Shown one piece after another: positions 1 through 14,549 of a stretch of DNA of 64,000 bases. The position numbers and the translations under genes are program-made. How positions within the stretch are numbered: position 1 is the stretch's first letter; each line of letters starts with the position of its first letter. Under the pieces are notes generated by a model. That model made no database searches and was not told the DNA's origin. It saw nothing but the letters and a program-made list of their open reading frames with translations. This DNA comes from Octopus vulgaris (lineage: Eukaryota), in assembly GCA_951406725.2 (NCBI GenBank), contig OX597819.1:28582001-28646000 (forward strand), given 5' to 3'.

Positions 1-8
1 AAACAAAC

Positions 9-37
<29 letters not shown>

Positions 38-40
<3 letters not shown>

Positions 41-198
41 GGCTTCTTTCAGTTTCTGCCTACCAAATCCACTCACAAGGCTTTGGTCAGCCTAAGGCTA
101 TAGTAGAAGACACTTGCCCTAGGTACCACACAGTGGGACTGAACCCAGAACCACGTTGTTCGTAAGCAAGCTACTTACCACACAGCCACTAATACGCC
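38..198 (-). mobile_element. tRNA-derived SINE family A, 5' part
   Basis: Reverse complement matches the head GGCTGTGTGGTAAGTAGCTTGC..GGTTCAGTCCCAC seen in full copies at 24558, 26420 and 43145. Confidence 0.8.
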
Positions 199-242
199 TA
201 TGTGGAGATATTTCTAGAATGAAGTCTGCTATTCTAACATCA

Positions 243-552
243 GAACTAGCATTCTGTCGGTTATGATGATAAGGGTTCGAGTTGATCCAATTAATGGAAC
301 AGCCTGCTGTTGAAATTAATGTGCAAGTAGTTGAGCACTTCACAGACACATGTATCCTTAACATAGTAGTCAGGGAGATTCAGTGTGACACAGAATGTGC
401 CAAGGCTAGCCCTTTGAAATACACGTACAACTCATTTTTGTCAGCTGAGTGGACTGAAGTAACATGAAATAAAGTGTCTTGCCCAAGGAACACAATGCCA
501 GTGGGAATTGAACACGTGACCTTACTATCATGAGTTGAATATCCTAACCACT
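243..552 (-). mobile_element. Diverged SINE family E copy
   Basis: Aligns by eye with 970-1150 (GAACAGCCTGCT..GAAATTAA..GTGACACAGA..CCCTTTGAAAT). Confidence 0.7.
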
Positions 553-857
553 GCTTGTCTTTCAATAGAAAGATAGTTATGTGGAAGTTGAGAGAAAGTT
601 GAATCTGGTCTGTAAGTCTGAGTAAAGAGAGTAAGAGGTTGGTGGCATGGCTGATGGCCTGTGCTCAATGGAGTACAAGGTCCACAACTGATTGAGTGTA
701 CCCTTAATTCAGGAAGAATTATTGTACTCTCTCTGCTATTCATAATTGTTTGTCCATCTTTTGACTATATATCTTATGGGTTCAAATATATCTCCAAACA
801 TATTTGAGCTGGTAACAAATTTGTATTTATACACACCACTGCTTAGTGCTTCTATTT

Positions 858-892
<35 letters not shown>

Positions 893-969
893 ATGTGTGC
901 ATATATATACACACACACACATACATACATACATACATACATATGTATGTATATATATGTATGTGGGAT

Positions 970-1348
970 GGAAGCACTCCGTCGGTTACGTCGACGAGGG
1001 TTCCGGTTGATTCGATCAACGGAACAGCCTGCTCGTGAAATTAACGTGTAAGTGGCTGAGCACTCCACAGACACGTGTACCCTTAACGTAGTTCTCGGGG
1101 ATATTCAGCGTGACACAGAGAGTGACAAGGCTGGCCCTTTGAAATACAGGTACAACAGAAACAGGAAGTAAGAGTGAGAGAAAGTTGTGGTGAAAGAGTA
1201 CAGCAGGGATCATCACCATCCCTGCCAGAGCCTCGTGGAGCTTTAAGTGTTTTCGCTCAATAAACACTCACAACGCCCAGTCTGGGAATCGAAACCGCGA
1301 TCCTACGACCGTGAGTCCGCTGCCCTAACCACTGGGCCATTGCGCCAT
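970..1348 (-). mobile_element. tRNA-derived SINE family E
   Basis: Minus strand begins TGGCGCAATGGCCCAGTGGTTAGGGCAGCGG..GTTTCGATTCCC (A/B-box-like); CpG-rich, so probably young. Confidence 0.8.
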
Positions 1349-1394
1349 GTATGTATGTATGTATGTATGTATGTATTATGTAAGCACACAGTAA

Positions 1395-1645
1395 AGTGGC
1401 TGGCACTTAGAAGGGCATCCATCCAACTGTAAAGACCATGCCAAAACTAACCTCATCTGTATTTGTGCCATGTAAAAGGCAATCAGTCCACCATGCTTGG
1501 TGGTTGGTGTTAGGAAGGACATCCAGCCATTAAAACCATGCTGAAACAAACACAGAAGTCTGGTGTAGTCTTCTGCCTGGCCATCTCCTGTCAAATTGCC
1601 CAACCCATGCCAGCATGGAGGGCAGATGTTAAACGATGATGATAA
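1395..1645 (+). mobile_element. SINE family D fragment, (GAT)n tail
   Basis: TTAGGAAGGACATCCAGC core and AACCCATGCCAGCATGGA..GTTAAACGATGATGAT tail shared with many copies. Confidence 0.7.
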
Positions 1646-1646
1646 T

Positions 1647-1880
1647 AAGGCGGCGAGCTGGCAGAAACGTTAGCACATCGGGTGAAATGCGTAGCCGTAT
1701 TTCGTCTGCCATTACGTTCTGAGTTCAAATTCCGCCGAGGTCGACTTTGCCTTTCATCCTTTCGGGGTCGATTAAATAAGTACCAGTAACGCACTGGAGT
1801 CGATATAATCGACTTAATCCATTTGTCTGTCCTTGTTTGTCCCCTCTGTGTTTAGCCCCTTGTGGGTAGTAAAGAAATAG
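1647..1880 (+). mobile_element. SINE family C (GTCGACTTTGCCTTTCATCCTTTCGGGGTCGAT core, Nin-domain-like)
   Basis: Near-identical copies at 2188-2415(-), 3457-3687 and 56325-56510; the Nin-domain resemblance is from recall, not a search. Confidence 0.8.
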
Positions 1881-2187
1881 ATGATGATAATGATGATGAT
1901 GTATGTATATAAATTTATATGTCAACATAAAAGAATGGAGAATTAAACATTATTTTATCAGCTTTCTTGCATGTTCTAGACAGATTGCCAAATTACAAAA
2001 ACTCTGCAATGTAGTCATCATGCATATAAATCAATCCCATATTTAATTGACTAATATTCTATTGAGACAAAGTATCCTCGCCAAAGTCATACTATACTGC
2101 TTGGAATAGAGAGGAATCTGCATTCTTTTGTGTTTTTCTACTATACTATGTAGCCTTATACTAAATTCAGTGGAAAGTAATTTTTTT

Positions 2188-2415
2188 TCCCGTTATTGAC
2201 CACAAGGAGCTAAACATAGAGGGGACAAACAAGGACAGATAAAGGGATTAAGTCGATTATATCGACCCCAGTACGTAACTGGTACTTAATTTATCGACCC
2301 CGAAAAGATGAAAGGCAAAGTTGACCTCGGCGGAATTTGAACTCAGAATATAACAGCAGATGAAATACTACTAAACATTTCGCTTGGTGTGTTAACATTT
2401 CTGCCAGCTTGCCGC
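2188..2415 (-). mobile_element. SINE family C
   Basis: Reverse complement of 1647-1880. Confidence 0.8.
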
Positions 2416-2534
2416 AGTGGAAAGTAATTTTACAACCTATGTGGATTACAACAGCTTTTACTGGAAGTTTAATAAGCCAAGTTTGATCCCTAATAAGTGG
2501 ATTATTAATCCATTTTTTCCTTTGTGATATAATC

Positions 2535-3004
<470 letters not shown>

Positions 3005-3456
3005 GTATATGTGTATACACGCATGCACATGCATGCACACACACACTTACAGACAGACACATACACACACACACACATAATTAAACATACAAAATAATCA
3101 TTATCATTTTAATGACCAGTTTTTCATGTTTGTGTGAATTGAATGAAATTTGTTGAGGCAGATTTCCTATGGTCAGATGCTCTTCCACTCTTCAACTCTC
3201 GCCTAATTCCAAGTAAGGTAATATTTCCTTTAATCCTTTGCATACAAACAGCTCAATGAGGATTGTAAATGAATGGCATTACTTGTATGATGGTGACGTT
3301 TATTACAATTAGTGCACAATGCCAAGACGAGAAGATTTGAACATGCACCCACACACAATCTTCCTCTCTCTCTCACATACACATATGTATGTGTCTCTGT
3401 GTGTGTATATGTGTGTGCACGGGCGTATGTGTGTGTGTATGTATATATACATATAT

Positions 3457-3687
3457 GGGCGGTGAGCTGGCAGAAACGTTAGCACGCCGGGCAAAATGCT
3501 TAGCGGTATTTCATCTGTCGTTACGTTCTGAGTTCAAATTCTGCCATGGTCGACTTTGCCTTTCATCCTTTTGAGGTCGATAAATAAAGTACCAGTTACG
3601 CACTGGGGTCGATATAATTGGCTTAATCCGTTTGTCTGTCCTTGTTTGTCCCCTCTATTTTAGCCCCTTGTGGGTTAGTAAAGAAAC
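3457..3687 (+). mobile_element. SINE family C
   Basis: Matches 1647-1880. Confidence 0.8.
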
Positions 3688-4120
3688 ATATATATCTCTC
3701 TGTGCAGTTTCCATCCTCCATATCCACTAACAAGGCTTTGATTAGCTATGGTAGAAAACACTTGCCCAAGGTCTGCTCAGTGGGACTGAACCGGAACCTA
3801 TGTGGTTGAGAAGCAAACGGCTTAACCTCATGGTCATGCCTGTTAATACACAGATAAGGAACTTCTATGCATTTGATTTTCAATTGGGTATCAGATGGTT
3901 TTGTGAAATTTGACATTTTAATGAATTATCAAAAAGCCTAACTAGGCACTTTTCTACTATCACCCACCCGGGTATGAAATGGGATGTCACTGATCTGACA
4001 TTTTGCCTGATACTCTTTCTTTTCTGCCTACATCATTGAAATGTCGACAAAACCAGTAATTAGCAATGATTACTTGTTAATTACTATTAACCAAATTTCA
4101 TTCAATTAAACATTTGTAAC

Positions 4121-4382
4121 ATCATCATCATCATCATCATCGTTTAACGTCCGTTTTCCATGCTAGCATGGGTTGGATGGTTCGACTGGGATCTAGGAAG
4201 CCAGAAGGCTGCACCAGGCTCCAGTCTGATCTGGCAGTGTTTCTACAGCTGGATGCCCTTCCTAACGCCAACCACTCCGTGAGTGTAGTGGGTGCTTTTT
4301 ATGTGCCACCGGCACGGAAGCCAGTCAAGGCAGCGCTGGCATCGGCCACGTTTGGATGGTGCTTTTTACGTGCCACCGGCGT
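4121..4382 (-). mobile_element. SINE family D (GGCGTTAGGAAGGGCATCCAGCTGTAGAAA core, Meta-domain-like)
   Basis: Core plus (GAT)n tail on the minus strand; about a dozen copies in the window. Confidence 0.8.
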
Positions 4383-5395
4383 CTTATTAATTTATTTATT
4401 CATTTATTTATTTCATATTGCAATTTCTGCATAATAGTAATGTCGGTTATACTTTTCCAAATGATTGTGTATTGGTTCACTGCATTTATGATGATGATGA
4501 TAAAAGTGACACGGGTGAAGGACTTTTTTCTTGTAAAGGACTTGCTTCAAAGAGCACTGGTTTCTTTTCTTGATGAGTTAACCCTTTGTCAATACACATC
4601 TGTAAATAGTATACATAGACATGAATGCATGTATGGATTCTTGATGGCTTCATCTTGATTTTGAGCAATGCAAACAATTGTTTTCTTGAACATGAGCCAT
4701 ACTGATATGATTTTTTCAATCCTGCTAAGAATCTACCACTCTTTTGCACTAATGTGGCAATGATGGGCACCTTTTACAGCAGGTGTTCAGTAGTTACCAT
4801 TCCCACAGACACATGCCTTTATTCCATCATGGAATCTTTCATTTAGTGTTTTGCTCTTCTTGGCTACAGCCAGCCATAGTATGCAACATATAATGGAGAT
4901 GTTAAAAATCAAGTGATGCTTGTGTCTGAAACTTTATAAAGAAAGGAAAGGCCTTGCATAGGGTCAATGACATTCTTTAAACACCATATATATTAGTCCA
5001 ACTGAAAAACTTGTCTACATCATTGGATGCAAACAAATCTGCAGGTGTTAAATCAGAATTTTTCTTCTCTTAGAAAAATGTCTAAACAAAGCCTAGCTCT
5101 CCTGGCTGTTGGATAGTTGTTGACTCTACTGGGTTCATCTGTTCTTTGACAGGTTTTGTTTTTCATCCTGTAGGGTGTCCAACGAAAGTTACCCATCTAA
5201 CCAAGCAGGCTTCATATAGTTGGTTTATTCACCAATGGCCTGACCATGCAATAAGGCTGTACTTAGTAATAGTTACCAGCAGCATGAAGGTTGATTTGAC
5301 ATATGCATGCATCCACACATCCGTCCCTCCATTTATCCATACATATCCACCCATGCATATAGTTATATATATATGCACATACAAACATATATGTG

Positions 5396-5729
5396 AAGGC
5401 GCATGACTTAGTGGTTAAAGCATCGAGCTTACGATCCGTGAGGTTGTGAGTTCGAATCCCGGACCAGGCTGTGTGTTGTATTCTTGAGCAAGACACTTTA
5501 TTTCACGTTGCTCCAGTTCACTCAGCTGTAGAAATGAGTTGCGACATCACAGGTGCCAAGCTGTATCGGACTTTGCCTTTCCCTTGGATAACACTGGTGG
5601 CATGGAGAGGGGAGGCCGGTATGCATGGGTGACTGATGGTCTTTCATAAAAAAAACCTTGCCCGAACTTGTGGCTGGGAGGGTAACTTTCTAGGTGCAAT
5701 CCCATGGTCAGTCATGACTGAAGGGGGTC
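5396..5729 (+). mobile_element. tRNA-derived SINE family B, full length
   Basis: A-box TGACTTAGTGG and B-box GTTCGAATCCC; copies at 18589, 22592(-) and 42785(-). Confidence 0.85.
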
Positions 5730-6342
5730 AAAAAGAAAAAGAAAAACAAACATATATGTATACACTAATTCATATATCCACACATCTCAGTTGTAGCTTC
5801 ATTTTTGCTGAAGTAGAAACTAAAATATATTCCAAAGAATGGCATCCGTCCATCCATCCATCCATCCATTCATAGTTACATATATACATACATACATGAA
5901 GGCACTGTGTTAATGTCAAGCACTCCAGAAGTTTGGTGTGTAATAAGTGCAAGTACACACCTGTAGATACATAAATGCATGTGTATGAATACATATACAA
6001 TGACATCCAAAGAAGGTAGGCCAGTAACCAAGAATTATTTCCAGGATTTCTGTTATGAGTAGGAGGAGAGGAGGGGATGAAGTTAATCTCAAACCAAAAT
6101 CTTAGCCTGAATGCTTGCACAAGAAAGGACTCTGTGAAAGGCATCTGAGAGCCACATGATGGTGCTAAACGAGACAATGCATTAGTCTCCGGTGCTATAT
6201 AAGTAGAAGAGAAACTATCCCCAAAAAAAATAGTAATAATATTGTCTGGTTTGGGTGATAAAAATGGTGGGAGGTTTATTTCTTTTATTTTTTTTTGTGT
6301 CTGCTGGATATTCTGGCATCAATGCATGAAGATACATTTTAG

Positions 6343-6508
6343 ATTGTTACAGCATCAAGAAAGAGGAAGTAGAAGGAAAACTTATTCTTTTATTTATGAT
6401 AATAAATCTAACGAAACGACGTCACTGCACGCAGGAGAGACCTCATCAAACATTGAAGAATTGCCAGTTACTACTTTCGAACAGCCTTCTTTAAAAAATG
6501 GTTTTTGA
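6343..6508 (+). CDS. Possible terminal coding exon (LLQHQERGSRRKTYSF...SLKNGF*), unassigned
   Basis: Unique, non-repetitive sequence with some CpG, an open frame after CATTTTAG and a TGA stop; no recognisable domain or partner exons. Confidence 0.2.
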
Positions 6509-7209
6509 CTATTCAAACAAAGTGTTTCACAACTGAAGCTATTTCACATTCTACAAAATTCCTCATTTGTATCAAGAGGAAAAAAAAAATGCTTTCCAAA
6601 ATAAATCTTTTAAAATGTGTATATATGTGTATATATGATTATATGTGTGTGTGCATGAGTGTATATATATCTGTGTATGTGACTGTGTATATATACATAC
6701 ACATACATATATGTATGTATGCATGTATATATGTATATATGCACACCGATGTATATATGTTGTGTGTATGTGTGTGTATATTTATGTGTGTGTGTGCATA
6801 ATTACATGTGCATGTTTATACAGTATTAAGTATGATAGCAAATTTTCGCATTAGTACAAAAAAGGAGAAAAGAGGAAGAAAATTGATAAAAGCAAATACA
6901 CATTCTGTAAAAGCAAATATTCTTGGTGAAAACGTATAAGATAGCATTTTATAGTTTTTCAGTTTATCATTTGATGCACTAACATTCTTTAGTAATACTG
7001 CTATAAATCATCATCGTCGTTGTCGTCGTCATCATCATCATCATCATCATTACCACTGTTATAATTGCCATCTTTGTCTCCATCATCATTACCTGCATCA
7101 TTGATGTTGTCATTGGTACTGATGGTAGTGGAACTGCTGTTGTTGTCATTATCATTTTATGATGATGATGATGATGATCGTCGTCATTGTCATCATCATA
7201 ATCATCATC

Positions 7210-7358
<149 letters not shown>

Positions 7359-7900
7359 GAGTGAGAGAGCAGTGCATGCCATCAAAGTGACACTGGGGTA
7401 AAATATATGATGCCCAGTATAGTCATCATGACTACCCATCTGATAAGGGTACACCAGGTACATGCATCACAACCATATGTGCATGACATGGTGATCTCAT
7501 ATCAAGATAAACAGTGTATGACCTTGCAGGTGGGGCCCAGTTAGAATTTTCATCAGGTTGAGTAGTCCACCCACTCAAATGGTCTGTGAACAAGGGTTGT
7601 TTAAGAATGCTGAGTGGCACACCCATGTTTCCAAAGGTGAATTATTCAAACCCCAAAGAATTTCTCATGGCTATGATGTTCTCCCATTACTTCTGTTTGT
7701 GATCAGAGATGCACATATCATCAGCCACTAAGGGACATGGTCAACTGGTTATGGTCAAACAACTGACAAATCTGTGGTATTGAGCAGAATATTTGCTGTA
7801 GCCCGTCTTTTATACCAAGACAAAACAATGTGCATGATAACACTTCCTATCAGTTAAGATCAGAAACCAAGAGAGCCACTGCCTGGTACTGCATTGGGCA
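7359..7900. mobile_element. ~540-bp interspersed repeat inserted in an (ATT)n tract
   Basis: Flanked by (ATT)n on both sides; inverted partial copy at ~46545-46660 (TGTGCATCTCTGATCA..GTAGTGGG). Confidence 0.6.
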
Positions 7901-7984
<84 letters not shown>

Positions 7985-8064
7985 TATTATTATTATCATC
8001 ATTACTATTATTATTATTATCATCATTATTATTATTATTATTATTATTACTATTATTATTATTA

Positions 8065-8101
<37 letters not shown>

Positions 8102-8120
8102 CATTATTATTATTATTATT

Positions 8121-8372
8121 AAGGCAGCAAACTGGCAGAATCATTAGCAAGCTGGACAAAATGCTTTGTGGTATTTTGCCCATCCCTAAATTCTGAGTTT
8201 AAGTTCTGATGTGGTCAACTTTGCCTTTCATCCTTTTGGGTTCAATGAAATAAGTACCAGTTGAACATTGGGGATGATGTAATTGACCCATCCCTTCCCT
8301 GCAAATTTGCTGCCATTGTGGCGAAATTTGAAACCATTATTATTATTATTATTATTATTATTGTTATTGTTA

Positions 8373-8424
<52 letters not shown>

Positions 8425-8656
8425 GGTGGTGAGCTGGCAGAATGGTTAGCAGGCCAGGAAAAATGCTTTGCGGTATTTCATCTGTTGATATGTTCTGAGT
8501 TCAAATTCTGCCGAGGTTGACTTTGCCTTTCATCCTTTCGGGGTCAATAAATTAAGTACCAGTGAAACACTGGGATTGATGTAACCAGCAAGTTCCCACC
8601 CCTAAAATTTCGGCCTTTGTGCTTATAGTAGAAAGGATTATCATTATTATTATTAC

Positions 8657-8710
<54 letters not shown>

Positions 8711-8900
8711 GGCAGCGAGCTATCCAAATCATTAGCACACTGGGCAAAATGCTTAGTGGAATTTTGTCCCTCTTCACATTTTGAGCTCAAATTCTGTCAA
8801 GGTTGACTTTGCCTTTCATCCTTTCAGGGTCAATAAAATAAGTACCAGTTAAGTACTGGGTCGATACAATCAACTTACTCCTTCCACCGAAAGTACTGGT
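8121..8900 (+). mobile_element. Three head-to-tail SINE family C copies separated by (ATT)n
   Basis: Copies start at ~8121, ~8422 and ~8708, each after an (ATT)n run. Confidence 0.8.
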
Positions 8901-8911
8901 GTTATGGCAAA

Positions 8912-9150
8912 ATGTAAAAAGCACCATCCGTCCGTGGCCGTTGCCAGCTCCGTCTGGCCCCTGTGCGGGTGGCACGTAAAAAGCACCCACTACACTCATG
9001 GAGTGGTTGTCGTTAGGAAGGGCATCCAGCCGTAGAAACACTGCCAGATCAGACTGGGCCTGATGCAGCCTTCTGGCTTCACAGACCCCAGTTGAACCGT
9101 CCAACCCATGCTAGCATGGAAGGCGGACGCTAAATGATGATGATGATGAT
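8912..9150 (+). mobile_element. SINE family D
   Basis: TTAGGAAGGGCATCCAGCCGTAGAAAC core with (GAT)n tail. Confidence 0.8.
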
Positions 9151-9555
9151 TATTATCATTATTATTATTATTATTAGACAAGATGAAGAGCATGATACGA
9201 TTGCAATAGAAATTTTATTGGTTGAATGACATTTTGACAGCAAGCCTGTCATTGTCGAGTTCAAATTAAAAAGTGATAAAAATTCAAAATTATAGAAATT
9301 CAAATCTAAAGTATGAACTAGAGCAACCAGCGTCCACATGTTGATGAAATGACATCATCAGTGTTTAAATTTCAATTTTATAAGTGGCTCAAAGAAAAAG
9401 ACAGAAGAAGAGGGAGAAGAAAGGAAAGAAAAAGAAAAGGAAAAAGAAGAAGAATGTGGGGTTTGATATAATCAACTAGCACCCTCCTACCAAATTTCAG
9501 GCCTTGTGCCTATAATAAAAAAGAGATGATTATTATCATTATTATTCAGTAGTCT

Positions 9556-9772
9556 AAAGTGGTGAGCTGGCAGAATCGCTAGCATGCTGGTCGAAATGCT
9601 TAGCAGTATTTCATCTACCATTACATTCTGAGTTCAAATTAAGCCAGGGTTGACTTTGCCTTTCATCCTTTTGGGGTCAATAAATTAAGTACCAGTTATG
9701 CACTGGGGATTGATGTAATCGACTCCATCCCTTCGCCCAAATTCGAGGCCTTGTGCTTCCAGTAGAAAGGAT
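9556..9772 (+). mobile_element. SINE family C
   Basis: GTTGACTTTGCCTTTCATCCTTTTGGGGTC core. Confidence 0.75.
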
Positions 9773-9779
9773 TATTATT

Positions 9780-10072
9780 CAGTAGTCTTATTTTTATCAC
9801 ATGCTTTCACTGCACCACTGAGCACAGCTCTATGTGCTTTGGGTATGTGCTGTGGTTTGTTTTGGTGCTCTTATTTTCACTGTATTGAAAGCGTTTTACG
9901 TAGGATGTGCGTGGTGACTAGTAGTGCTTCTTTCTGTATATTATATACATTCATTAGTCCTGGTGTTTTGGCTATGTATTTGTCTGAATGTTTTTTAATC
10001 ACACCTAATGCACCTATTATTATAGGGATTGTTTCTGTTTTTGGGCTCCACATTCGAGTTACCTCTACTTCT
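9780..10072 (-). mobile_element. 3' end of R4/Dong-type LINE (C-terminus of restriction-like endonuclease)
   Basis: EVTRMW..KTETIPIIIGALGVI..IQKEALLVTTHILRKTL, typical of the R4-clade C-terminus; bordered by (ATT)/(ATC) repeats. Confidence 0.75.
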
Positions 10073-10286
10073 ATCATCATCATCATCACCAGCATCATCA
10101 TCATCATTATTATTATTAACATTATTATTCAGTGAGCTAGAAGAATTGTTAGCATGCCAGCTCTTGTCAAGCAATCCAACCCATGCCAGCATGGAAAGTG
10201 GATGTTAAATTATGATAATGATGATGATATATATATATATATATATCATCAACATCATCATCCTCATATGCAATGTCAGGGCAAGG

Positions 10287-10366
<80 letters not shown>

Positions 10367-11994
10367 GACTTATTTTAGTTTTTGTTTATGAAATCCACTC
10401 ACAAGGCTTTGGTTGGCCTGAGACTATAGTAGAAGACATTTGCCCCAAGTGCCATGCAGTGGGACTGAACCTGGAACCATGCCTACACCTATTCAATCCC
10501 AACAACCCATTGCAGTACAGAAAAGTTTATGTGAAAATGATGATGAAGCTTATAATAATGTGTGTGTGTGTGTGCATGCATCTGTATGTGTGTGTTTGTG
10601 CATGAATGTATCTGGGTGTTTCTGCATACATATGTATGCATGCAGGTATATGTATGCACTACATCTCCTTTCTGACAGAATGTTTATTATTTTTTATTTC
10701 CAAAAATCCCCGAAGATTAGATTTCAAAGAGGCAATATCTGATTTTAAAAACGTATATGCAACTGTGGTTTTGAACATAATTAAATATCTATATATTCAA
10801 GCTGCTGGTCTTCCACACATTTTTCAGAATATTTTTCATAAAGAAAATTAGAAGCAAAAATATGTATATTTGTTATGAATATGTGTTTATGTTTAATGTT
10901 TATATTATAAATTGTAAAAAAAAAAAATAATAATATATTGAATCTTTCCGTTTGAGTTAAACTGTTTTGAATTGATTAAATTATTTATATCTTCTATTAA
11001 ATCGTTTTCTGTATGATGCAGTGGATCAAATAAAGACACGAGTTGTTAATTTTTGATCACAGCACTCTACCTCTTTTTGAGCAGATAAGTATGGTATCAA
11101 GTTGTGATTATGTTTTCATGCAGTTCTTATGGAGACCATTTTCAAAGAGTCTAATAAAAGGGAAAATCTTGTGGGATTCAGGTCTTCAATTAGTGGCATA
11201 TTGGTCTTTGACAGACATGCTATAGGAAAACTATTAAAGCTTGTAGAATGGAAGGAGAAAGATCAATGAAAAACTGAAGAGATTGGAGCAAGGAAAAAAA
11301 GACAAGCTATAAACAAAATGTTTTTCTAATGCTACTTATTCTCAGGTTAATAGCTATATATAGATTTATTGTACCTTCTGTGATATTATCAACATCTAAT
11401 AGGTACAAAAATCTGTCTCAATTCTTAAGTCTTTCAGCTTTAAGAAGATTGTAATTGTTGCTGATTCTTATGTTATTTTTGTCTTGGTTTTCTTTTTTTG
11501 TTTAAAAGGTAAAATAAACTGATCATATGTAAGAATAAATGAGTTCAGATCTTAATGGTTCTTTCATGAAAGGGATTTCGTAAACAATTTCTCATATCTC
11601 TCATCAACTGCAGAAAAAATCATGTTTTGCAGTGGATTAGTTAAAGTTTATATAAATATATTTTTAGAAATTTGTGTAAACTCCAACATGTTCTGTGACA
11701 TGCTTAATTAAATCTCAGTTCTATTAATAAATAACCCCTACATCATGGTGGCTTATGTCAAGCTAAGCTGTTATTGCTTTCTGAGAAGGTTCTTTTGGAA
11801 ATTTTATTTCTATTATTTTTCTTTCCTCTCTATTTTACAGAGTAATCTCATTGAGATTTCGTTCCTTTCATCGGGCACTTTCAAAATCCTAAAAATAAAG
11901 AATTTACATTCTTGATCTTTCTGAAGGAGTTTGTTTCCACCCACAACCCACTTTTTTCCCTTAAAATACAGATTTGAGTACATATGGACAGCTC

Positions 11995-12011
11995 CCTCTC
12001 TCTCTCTCTTG

Positions 12012-12042
<31 letters not shown>

Positions 12043-12248
12043 CATATATACACACACACTCACACACACACAACTCACACACATACATATATATCTATAC
12101 ACACACATATATATGTATGTATGTACGCATGTATGTATGTATGTATGTATGTGTATGTATGTATGTATGTATGTATGAATATATGTATGTATATATGTAG
12201 CTATCTATCTATCTATCTATCTATATATATATATGAATATATAAATAT

Positions 12249-12282
<34 letters not shown>

Positions 12283-12285
12283 ATG

Positions 12286-12348
<63 letters not shown>

Positions 12349-12677
12349 ATTATATATATATATATGTATATATATTGTATATATATGTATATATATATAT
12401 GTATGTATATATATGTATATATGTATATATGTATATATATATATGTATATGTATATATGTATATATATGTATATATATATATATGTATATATATGTATAT
12501 ATATATATGTATATATATGTATATGTATATATATATATGTATATATATGTGTATATATATATATGTGTATATATGTATATATATGTATATATGTATATAT
12601 ATGTATATATGTATATATATGTAAATATGTATATATATGTATATATATGTATATATGTATATATGTATATATGTATG

Positions 12678-12715
<38 letters not shown>

Positions 12716-12845
12716 TATATGTATATATATGTATATATGTATATATATGTATATATGTATATATATGTATATATATGTATATATGTATATATATGTATAT
12801 ATGTATATATATGTATATATGCATATATATGTATATATATGTATA

Positions 12846-12897
<52 letters not shown>
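11995..12897. repeat. Compound (CT)n/(CA)n/(TATG)n/(TA)n microsatellite
   Basis: Direct reading. Confidence 0.97.
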
Positions 12898-12899
<2 letters not shown>

Positions 12900-13034
12900 A
12901 TAATATGAGATGTTTTGGTATCCAGAAGGCAGGTAAGGCTATGCAAGTGCTACAGAGGACTGCTGTTAAACTCTTGGTTCAGTAATAGCATGAAGCGAGG
13001 AATCTGAGGCAGGTCATGTGAGAGAGTGTATATA

Positions 13035-13470
13035 TTAAATAAATTAAGATAACAAGGCCAAGGTAATTTGATATTCCTAGGACATTTATAAATAGAAAGG
13101 TGGTCTTACAGCTGTTTCAAAGAAATAAATTATATTCCATCATAAGAGATGAGTTAAAAGAAATTCAATAAAAGGAATTTTAGAAGAAGTTATTCTGGAG
13201 AGGGAGAGATATACAAGAAATTAGATATAATGCAGAAAGTATAAAATGAAAAAATATATATATATCTAATTTCTTGTATATCTCTTCCTCTCCAGAATAA
13301 CTTTAAAAAAAAGATGAACTCTACTAATTCCTTCTACTGAAGCCCTTTTAACCTGTCTCTGATGATGGGATATCACTTATTTTCCTGAAACAGCTGTAAG
13401 ACCACCTTTCTATTTATAAATATCCTAGAACTATAAAATTACCTTGGACTTCTTATCTTATTTTATTTAA
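13035..13470. repeat. Palindromic element, arms ~13035-13229 and ~13261-13470, Penelope-like relic
   Basis: Arms are diverged reverse complements (ATTTATAAATAGAAAGGTGGTCTTACAGCTGTTTC / GAAACAGCTGTAAGACCACCTTTCTATTTATAAAT) and contain a hammerhead core. Confidence 0.85.
13355..13402 (+). ncRNA. Minimal type I hammerhead ribozyme motif
   Basis: gtct-CTGATGA-(imperfect stem II)-GAAA-cagctg-TA-agac; 4-bp stem I, palindromic stem III. Confidence 0.6.
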
Positions 13471-13659
13471 CACACACACACACACGCACTCACACATGCA
13501 CACACACACACACATGCTTACATGCATGCATACATACATTGGAATTTCAGCATCAACAACAGGGTATTTTTGTTTGTATGTATGTATGTGCAGATTTGTA
13601 TGTTTTATGTATATATTCTCATGCATAGATTTACATATCTAGACATGCTCATATATATT

Positions 13660-14540
13660 TAAATGATAAATTTCTCGAAAGTTTTACAGATTGTTACAGT
13701 TCCAGTGATGGATTGGATCTGTAGTCTTCAAATTAGCTTTCTCCTTTCTGGTTTTGAGAAACCTAATTTCTCAAGATTAGTATTTAGGCAGTGTGTTACA
13801 TATTCCAGGGCCCTAACAATTACAGGTATAAATCTGAACTTGTAATCTGGATAGAGTAACTGTAGATTTCTCAATAGTACAGCGTAAATATTCTCTTTTT
13901 CATTGATCTTCAGCTTTATGTTAACATCCGCTGGACAGCTAATTTCCACAACTCTACACAGTTTCTCTTCTTGATCGCAAATTGTTATATCAGGTTTCTT
14001 GTGCTTACATTTTATTGAGGGTTTCACTGGGACATTCCACCTGTACTGCTTTTTATTATGAATGGCTGAAGCTTCTACCATATTGTGGGTTCTTATTTCT
14101 TTGTCCTCGAGGTTATCCTTCCGACGGATCTCATTATATAATGTCCTAGCTACAACATCATTCTCATCGGTAGATAATACCATGATGACATTTTTGGACA
14201 ACTGCTTATGATGTAGGTGATATCTTCAGTGTGAACTCCACAAAGCCTCCATTGGTTGTTACATTTTACGGCTGTTCCTGCATCTCTATCCCTTTTGTGC
14301 ATCAGGTATTTGGTTGGTATTTCCTTTTCCTGGATTCCAACACATACCCTTCAGAGTGGGAGGTAATAATCCGGCTATTTGTCCATGATAAACTGCTTTA
14401 ATGATTGATGTTACTGTTATCCTGGAGCTTTCTACTAACATATCCATGTATAGTCTTCTGCTCATATAGGCTCATCCTTTCATCTGATGATACGTTGTGG
14501 TAGAGCTGTGCAACATCTTTGGGCATGTATTCTAGGTTAT
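13660..14540 (-). mobile_element. Degenerate R4/NeSL-group LINE 3' region (zinc knuckle + restriction-like endonuclease)
   Basis: RLCGVHTEDITYIISSC knuckle remnant, then KPDITICDQEEKLCRVVEISCP..EKENIY..FIPVIVRAL (PD..E motif). Confidence 0.8.
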
Positions 14541-14549
14541 GTATGTATG

